The notes beneath the pieces were generated by a model. It was not told the origin of the DNA, made no database searches, and saw only the letters and a program-made list of their open reading frames with translations. Positions 57,922-64,000 of a stretch of DNA of 64,000 bases are shown piece after piece. Source of the stretch: an uncultured Chloroflexia bacterium (GTDB lineage: Bacteria > Chloroflexota > Chloroflexia > Thermomicrobiales > UBA6265); the NCBI GenBank assembly GCA_963724295.1, contig CAVRUC010000008.1, positions 1-64,000 on the forward strand, read 5' to 3'. Position numbers and translations under genes: made by a program. The number at the start of each line of letters is the position of its first letter. The first letter of the stretch is position 1.

Positions 57922-59799
57922 GTGACTGACATGACAGCGACCGACCCCACCGCGGATGCGGCTACCGAACCGGATGGCGCTTTGCCGCGGGAAGCCGAGA
58001 CCGACGACGGTCCAACCTTTGAGCAGCTAGGCCTCAACACCGCACTTCTGAAATCGATCAAGGACGTCGGCTACGAGGCTCCCACGCCAATTCAGATCGA
58101 GGTCCTACCCGCGCTCCTTGCCGGCCGGGACGTGATTGCTCAGGCCCAAACCGGATCGGGCAAGACGGCCGCGTTCGGGTTGCCCATCATCGAGGTCATC
58201 AATCCCAAGCAGCGGTCGGTTCAGGCGCTGATCCTCGCCCCAACCCGGGAGCTCGCGATTCAGGTGGCTGAGGCGCTCCACAAATATGGCCGCCACAAGG
58301 ACGTCGAGACATTGCCCATCTACGGCGGTCAACCGTACGAGCGGCAGTTCCGTGGTCTTCAGCGCGGCGTGCAGATCGTGGTCGGCACGCCGGGGCGGGT
58401 CATGGACCATATGCGCCGGGGCACGCTGAAACTGGATGACATTCGCTTTTTCGTCCTCGACGAGGCGGACGAGATGCTCGACATGGGTTTCATCGAGGAC
58501 ATCGAGTGGATCCTGGAGCAGGCTCCGGCCGAACGCCAGATGGCGCTCTTCTCGGCCACCATTCCGCCGCGCATCGCCCATCTCGCCTCTCGCTACATGC
58601 GCGAACCGCAGCGGATCACGGTTGCCGGCAAGGAGATGACGGTACCGCAGGTCCGTCAATCGTCGTATGAGGTGCCCCGCGCGCGCAGGGTCGACGCCCT
58701 GACCCGGATTCTGGACGCCGAAACACCGCAGTCGGCGATGATCTTCTGCCGCACCAAGGCGGGAGTCGACCAGCTTGGCGAGGCGCTCATGGCTCGCGGC
58801 TACGGGGTCGAGACCATTCATGGCGACCTCTCGCAGGCGCAACGCGATCGGGTCATGCGCCGCTTCCGGAGCGGTCAGGCCGAAGTGCTGATCGCCACCG
58901 ACGTGGCCGCCCGCGGGCTGGATATCCCCGATGTCTCGCACGTGATCAATTACGACATCCCGGAGAGTGCCGAGGCCTATGTGCACCGTATTGGTCGCAC
59001 GGGACGCGCGGGTCGGGCAGGCGAGGCGATCACTCTGATCACGCCGCGCGAGGTGCGCTGGCTGCGTCAGATCGAACGCATCACGCGCGCCCGCATCGAG
59101 CCCCGCCGCCTGCCCACGCTGGCCGACGTAGCCGAGCGCCGTCGCGACGCGCTGAAGCAGCAGATTCGCGCCGTGCTCGATGCTCAGGACGACGGCTATG
59201 CCGGGTATCTCGACACCATCAACGACCTGGCCGATGAGCATGACTCCGCCGAGATCGCCGCCGCGATCCTCAAGCTCTACGCGGAGGAAACCGGCCGCAC
59301 GACGACACCCGAGCAGCAGGAAGATGACATCGCCACCTTTGCCGCGGTCGCGCCCCCGGCTCGCGGTCCCCGTGGCGAAGCGGGAATGGTTCGCCTGTTC
59401 CTCAACGTCGGCCGCAATCAGGGGGCGCGGCCACAGGATTTCGTCGGAGCCATCGCCAACGAGGCCGGGATTCCCGGGCGTGCTATCGGCGCCATCGACA
59501 TCTTCGACGACTACACCTTCGTCGACATACCGCGCGAGTTCGTCGACCGCGTGCTGGCGGCGATGCGCGGCGCCAAGATCAAGGGACGCCCGGTCAACGC
59601 CGACGTCGCCCGGATGGACGGCGCTCCGGGCTCGCGCGACCGGGGAGGCCGGGGGCCGGCGCCGTCGGGACGGCCACCCTTCGTCGGCGGCGGCCGCGTC
59701 AACCGCGACGGCGACAATCGCCCGCCTCGCCGTTACGAGCGCTCCGACCGCCCGGAGCGGAGCGGGTCGCCTCGCTTCCGCACGCGCCGCGACGGCTAG
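57922..59799 (+). CDS. deaD: DEAD-box RNA helicase with DbpA RNA-binding domain (DeaD/CsdA-like)
   Basis: AQTGSGKT, PTRELA, DEAD, SAT and HRIGRTGRAG; C-terminal RLFLNVG..GAIANE and an Arg/Gly-rich tail. Confidence 0.93.
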   Translation: MTDMTATDPTADAATEPDGALPREAETDDGPTFEQLGLNTALLKSIKDVGYEAPTPIQIEVLPALLAGRDVIAQAQTGSGKTAAFGLPIIEVINPKQRSVQALILAPTRELAIQVAEALHKYGRHKDVETLPIYGGQPYERQFRGLQRGVQIVVGTPGRVMDHMRRGTLKLDDIRFFVLDEADEMLDMGFIEDIEWILEQAPAERQMALFSATIPPRIAHLASRYMREPQRITVAGKEMTVPQVRQSSYEVPRARRVDALTRILDAETPQSAMIFCRTKAGVDQLGEALMARGYGVETIHGDLSQAQRDRVMRRFRSGQAEVLIATDVAARGLDIPDVSHVINYDIPESAEAYVHRIGRTGRAGRAGEAITLITPREVRWLRQIERITRARIEPRRLPTLADVAERRRDALKQQIRAVLDAQDDGYAGYLDTINDLADEHDSAEIAAAILKLYAEETGRTTTPEQQEDDIATFAAVAPPARGPRGEAGMVRLFLNVGRNQGARPQDFVGAIANEAGIPGRAIGAIDIFDDYTFVDIPREFVDRVLAAMRGAKIKGRPVNADVARMDGAPGSRDRGGRGPAPSGRPPFVGGGRVNRDGDNRPPRRYERSDRPERSGSPRFRTRRDG

Positions 59800-59866
59800 C
59801 CGTCCAAACTGGCGCGTCCGCGGCGTGGAGGAACTGAAGCGAGCGGGACGCCGGGAAGACTCGCGC

Positions 59867-60853
59867 TTACAGCAGCGTCGTTCCGGTCGCGAACAGCGAC
59901 GGCCCGCCGCCGGTGTGAAGAAAGACGACGGCCTCGTCCGGGTCGAGGTCTCTGGCGCGGGCGTGGCTGATCAGGGCGGCCATGGCCTTGCCGGAGTAGA
60001 CCGGATCGAGGAAGACGGCCTCGGTCCGGGCCAGGAGACGGATCGCCTCGGTCCCCTCCTCAGTCGGAACACCGTAGTCGGCGCCGATGAATCCACCATC
60101 GATCGCGATATCGGCGGCATCGAAGCACTGGTCGAGACCAAGCAGCGTAGCGGTGCCATTGGCCAGCGCTGCGCCGTCGGCGATGAGCTGCTCGACCGGG
60201 TGCTCGACGGCGACGCCATAGACGACGAACGGCGCCGAGAATGCCCGCGCCCCGACGACGAGACCGGCCTGCGTCCCCATTGACCCGGTCGCGAAATAGA
60301 GGCGGTGCGGCGCCTCGCCGGCCATCGTTAATTGCGCCAGCAGCTCGGCGACCATGTTCACGTACCCGGCTGCCCCAATCGGCACGCTGCCTCCGGTCGA
60401 GATCAGGTAGGGTCGCTCGCCGGCCGCGCGCAGCTCGTCGCCGATCGAGGCCATGAGCGCGGTGCGAGCCGTCTTGTCGGGGACGATGCGAACCTCCGCG
60501 CCTAGCAGATGGTCGAGCAGCAGGTTGCCGACAACGTCTGAGCCCTGGCGCGCGTCGAGCACCAAAACGCTGCACAGCCCGGCGATTACCGCGGCGGCCG
60601 CAGTGAGGCGGGCATGGTTCGACTGCACCGGGCCTTCGGTCACCACTATCGTGGCCTCGTTGGCGAGAGCATCGGCCAGGAGGTATTCGAGCTTTCGCGC
60701 CTTGTTGCCGCCAAAGGCAAGTCCGGTGAGATCGTCGCGTTTGAGATAGATGCGCGGGCAGCGGGAACCGAGTGTTGCCTCCAGGTTGCGCACCCGGTGC
60801 AGCGGCGTGGGAAGTGTTGTCAGTGGATATCGAGGGAGCGTCGCGAGCCGCAT
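59867..60853 (-). CDS. D-cysteine desulfhydrase family PLP enzyme
   Basis: KRDD..GGNKARK, QSNH, DPVYSGKA (Ser rather than the Glu of ACC deaminases) and HTGG. Confidence 0.88.
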   Translation of the reverse strand: MRLATLPRYPLTTLPTPLHRVRNLEATLGSRCPRIYLKRDDLTGLAFGGNKARKLEYLLADALANEATIVVTEGPVQSNHARLTAAAAVIAGLCSVLVLDARQGSDVVGNLLLDHLLGAEVRIVPDKTARTALMASIGDELRAAGERPYLISTGGSVPIGAAGYVNMVAELLAQLTMAGEAPHRLYFATGSMGTQAGLVVGARAFSAPFVVYGVAVEHPVEQLIADGAALANGTATLLGLDQCFDAADIAIDGGFIGADYGVPTEEGTEAIRLLARTEAVFLDPVYSGKAMAALISHARARDLDPDEAVVFLHTGGGPSLFATGTTLL

Positions 60854-60901
60854 CGACAGACTCCGTTCAGTCTCCGGTGTGAACCGCCAGCTGGTCGAGG
60901 G

Positions 60902-61840
60902 TCAAACTCCGTCCCGCACGCGCCCGCCGACGATGCGCACCCCGAGGAGCACCAAAAGCGACGCCAGGAGCAGAACGACGGACAGCAGCAGCGCCGACGA
61001 CATGTCTCCCGCGCCAAACCGGCCGTAGATCGCCAGCGGCATGGTCTGGGTCACCCCGGGAAAGTTGCCGGCAAACATGATGGTGGCTCCGAACTCGCCG
61101 AGGGCTCGTGCCCAGGCAAGAACCGCGCCGGCGATGAGGCTGGGCAGGATGAGTGGCAACGTGACAGTCCGAAACACGTGACCTGGTGTCGCGCCGAGAT
61201 CGGCCGCGGCGGCTTCGACATCGCTATCGACCCGCGCAAACCCCCCTCGGGCGGCAATGACGTAGAACGGAGCGGAGACGAAGACCTGGGCCATCACGAC
61301 GGCAATGGTGGTGAATCCAAGCGTGACTCCACCCTCGGCGAGCCACCGCCCAACCAATCCATTCCGCCCAAAGGCCACGAGCAGGGCGATGCCGGCCACG
61401 GCCGGCGGCAACACGATCGGCAGGTCGACAAGGGCTTCGACCGCGGCGGCACCGGGGAAGCGTCGCCGCGCCAGCAGGTAGGCCAGCGGCGTCCCTAGGA
61501 TGACAACGATGGCCATCGTCGTCGCCGTGGTCACCATGCTCAGCCCGAGCGCTTGACGCAGGATGTCGTACGTCCGCGCGTCCCAGGCAGATCCTGAGCC
61601 CAGCGCGCGGATAACCAGCGCGCCGACCGGTATGGCCAGGAACAGGAGGAGAAGGAGGGCAAGCGCCCAGACGGCTATGCCGCCCGCGCGACTGCCTGCA
61701 CCGCCTGTCGCTCTCCTGGTACCGACGTCCCCGGCAGGGCGCGTCGCCAGTTCGCCAGCCACATTGCCCGGAGTACTGGCACGGCGTAGCTCGCGTGCCG
61801 ACGCCTGGATCGCAGGATCGCCTGTTGACTTAGCCGTCAA
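60902..61840 (-). CDS. modB: Molybdate ABC transporter permease
   Basis: DLPIVLPPAVAG, WARALGEFGAT and TMPLAIY; probable TTG start after GGGAG. Confidence 0.92.
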   Translation of the reverse strand: MTAKSTGDPAIQASARELRRASTPGNVAGELATRPAGDVGTRRATGGAGSRAGGIAVWALALLLLLFLAIPVGALVIRALGSGSAWDARTYDILRQALGLSMVTTATTMAIVVILGTPLAYLLARRRFPGAAAVEALVDLPIVLPPAVAGIALLVAFGRNGLVGRWLAEGGVTLGFTTIAVVMAQVFVSAPFYVIAARGGFARVDSDVEAAAADLGATPGHVFRTVTLPLILPSLIAGAVLAWARALGEFGATIMFAGNFPGVTQTMPLAIYGRFGAGDMSSALLLSVVLLLASLLVLLGVRIVGGRVRDGV

Positions 61841-61862
61841 CGACTTGCTTCTCCCACCGGCG

Positions 61863-62799
61863 CTACTCGACCGGTTGGAACCCGAAGCGCTCGAGCAGCG
61901 CCTGACCTTCGTCGCTGAGAAGGAAGGCGATGAATGCGGAGCCAAGCGTCGGGTCACCTTGAGCGAGAACAGCAACTGGATAGGTAGCGATAACGTTCAC
62001 CTCGTCCGGGATGTCGACCACCTGGACCTGATCGCCGGCCGCCACGGCGTCAGAGACATAGACGATGCCGGCATCCGCCTCTCCCAGCGCCACCTTCGCC
62101 AGCACGTCACGTACGTCCTCTTCCTCAGAGACGACATTTGCCGCTACTCGCTCGACGAAGCCGGCGCCGTAGGTAGCAGTGTCGGCCGCCATGTGGCAGA
62201 CCGATTCTCGCGCATACCGCCCCGCGGGAACCTCTGCTTGGGCCAGGACGAGCAGGATTCCCTCCTTGCCGAGATCGGCCGGGACCCCAATGTCAGCGGG
62301 GTTATCGGCCGGGGTCACGATAGCCAGACGGTTATGAACGAATGGCGCCGGTGCATCGACCACGAGATCCGCCTCGATGGCCGCTTCCATCTGGGCCACG
62401 TTGGCGGAGGCGAAAACATCGGCCTGGGCGCCTTCCTGGAGTTGCGTGACCAGTGCTTGCGATCCGCCGAAGTTGTACGTGATCGAGAGATTGGGGATCG
62501 CTGCTTCCAGCTCTTGCTCGATCGCTTCGAACGCGTCACTCAATGAGGCGGCAGCGAAGACGGTCAGATCCCCGCCTTCAGGGGGAAACGCAACTGCGTC
62601 TTGCTCCACGGCGACGGGGGTACCCACCGGCGTTGCATCGACCGCGGCAAGGCGGCTGACATTCCCAGCCAGCTCCCTGGGCGCTGCCGATAAGCGGACC
62701 CAGCGGCTGGACGCCGGCAGAAACGACGAAGACCAACAGTCCGACGATCAGCCGGCGCCAGGGCGATGCATCCGCCGAAGTCACGTGCCGTGCATGCAT
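61863..62799 (-). CDS. modA: Molybdate ABC transporter substrate-binding protein, apparent frameshift near 62650
   Basis: FAAASL, FGGS, ADVFASA, VPAGRY and GIVYVSD; the signal peptide (ATG 62799) lies in a neighbouring frame. Confidence 0.88.
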
Positions 62800-62870
62800 C
62801 ACCGACTCTCCCAGCCTACGAGTCAACAACCGCGGTCCTGCTCGCCGAAGACCCTACGACGCGCAGGAAA

Positions 62871-63713
62871 TCACACCGCGCCATCCTTGCGGACGATCGT
62901 GCCGACACGCTCGCCGCGCAGAGCGCCGGCCAGAAGCTCAGGCTGGCGTCCATTGATGATCTGGACGCGGTTGACGAGCCGCGCATGCTCGAGCAAGTCG
63001 ATCAAGGCGCGATCGAAGGGCAGGGTTGGCAGCTTCCGCTGCCGCAACTCGCTGACCGTGATCTCGTCGATGAAGTGGGCGTTCGGGTGCTCCTTCGGAT
63101 CCCGATCGTAAAGACCGTCGACGTCCTTGATCAACGTGATCGTGGCGCAGCCGAAGCACTCCGCCAGGAGATAGGCGCCGGCATCGGAGCGGTGCGGCGG
63201 GATCCGGCCTACGCGCGGGGGATGCTCCCACAAGGTGTAGGGCGGATCGCCGTTGAAGATGACACCGGGTGCGGCCTGCATGATGAACGGCAGGAGGTGA
63301 CCGAAGACCTCTGGCGGCGGCGCCACCACGCCATACGGCGCCAGGAGGGTACCGAGCATGTGGGCGTTCCCCAGCGCGTCGGCGAGCACCAGTTGGGCCA
63401 GCACGCCGGTGGGAAGTCCGAGATCGATCCCGATCGAATAGGTGTGCCGGCTGCGGACACCACCGCCGACGCCGATGATCAGCTTGTTCTCAGCCAGCGC
63501 GGTCCCGATTGCCTCGACCAGTGGGTACACGCTCTCCTTGCCGCCATCGATGATCGAGCGACCGCCGACCTTGATGACGTGGCAGTCCGCCAGCATGCGC
63601 ACCACTGGCGTCTCGGTCGAGGACATCACCTGTTTGTCGAGCAGGCTCTCCCGCATGAGCAGGGACCGAACGTGATGACGGCGATCGGTCGTTGGTTGCT
63701 GTGAGCTCTCCAT
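62871..63713 (-). CDS. mosA: Molybdenum storage protein alpha-like subunit (amino acid kinase fold)
   Basis: HVRSLLMRESL, KVGGRS, GVRSRH..GIDLGLPTG, RIPPHRSDAGA and ALRGERVGTI match MoSto subunits as I recall them; next to modAB. Confidence 0.82.
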   Translation of the reverse strand: MESSQQPTTDRRHHVRSLLMRESLLDKQVMSSTETPVVRMLADCHVIKVGGRSIIDGGKESVYPLVEAIGTALAENKLIIGVGGGVRSRHTYSIGIDLGLPTGVLAQLVLADALGNAHMLGTLLAPYGVVAPPPEVFGHLLPFIMQAAPGVIFNGDPPYTLWEHPPRVGRIPPHRSDAGAYLLAECFGCATITLIKDVDGLYDRDPKEHPNAHFIDEITVSELRQRKLPTLPFDRALIDLLEHARLVNRVQIINGRQPELLAGALRGERVGTIVRKDGAV

Positions 63714-63739
63714 TTACATTTTGCTCCCCGTCACGACGT

Positions 63740-64000
63740 TCACGCGGTGATGATCGTCCCCACCGGCTCTCCATTGAGCGCTCGCGTGAGGTTACCCGGT
63801 ACCAGCCCGTTGATGACCTGAATCGAGCGCCGGTGCTGCGCGTTTTTCATCATCTCGAGGACGCTGCGCTCCACGACGACGTCGTCCAGGTCCAGTGCCT
63901 CCAGCTCCTCAACCGAAATAGATGGGATGAACTTCGCCCCGGGATCTTTCTTGGGATCCGCGGTGTAGAGCCCGTCTTCATCCTTGACGTAGATCATCGA
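63740..64000 (-). CDS. mosB: Molybdenum storage protein beta-like subunit (5' part outside window)
   Basis: MIYVKDEDGLYTADPK...FIPSISV...QVINGLVPGNLTRALNGEPVGTIITA resembles the MosB C-terminus. Confidence 0.82.
   Translation of the reverse strand, partial: SMIYVKDEDGLYTADPKKDPGAKFIPSISVEELEALDLDDVVVERSVLEMMKNAQHRRSIQVINGLVPGNLTRALNGEPVGTIITA

Noticed and set aside
59867..60853. ACC deaminase
   Set aside because: The motif is DPVYSGKA, lacking the Glu (YEGKS) diagnostic of true ACC deaminases.
62871..64000. Uridylate kinase (pyrH)
   Set aside because: A tandem paralogue pair next to modAB with MoSto-like motifs fits better, and tsf/frr are not adjacent on the visible side.

Overview
GC-rich bacterial chromosomal window, most consistent with Thermomicrobiales (Chloroflexota); the taxonomy is an inference from protein style (Tat-type solute-binding proteins, 'AQDATP' N-termini, LLM oxidoreductases). 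It holds about 58 CDS, mostly housekeeping or metabolic: dapB, crcB, hemG/hemY, glgP, pdxH, a biotin carboxylase-BCCP fusion, thpR, pheA, glnA, smc, a DEAD-box helicase, two sugar ABC operons and an acid-sugar catabolic cluster. I found no rRNA, tRNA, CRISPR array, phage gene or transposase. Five observations stand out. (1) A 22.3-30.9 kb cell-surface locus encodes a 1270-aa secreted protein of unrecognised Cys-paired ~225-aa repeats, a VWA protein and a Pro/Thr-stalked twin-domain protein. Both of its divergent intergenic regions carry back-to-back sigma54-type -24/-12 motifs, and the same motif precedes a DUF892 stress ferritin gene. (2) A molybdenum storage protein pair (mosB-mosA) leads a modAB operon. 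(3) A candidate ~105-nt sRNA has its own near-consensus promoter and terminator. (4) An APH-fold protein lacks both catalytic Asp residues. (5) Five genes have an exact TAnnnT-N7-start leaderless layout. The 5.2-9.0 kb ABC operon is full of frameshifts and two other genes have single ones; these may be sequencing errors. Product calls come from motif recognition only; no database search was run.
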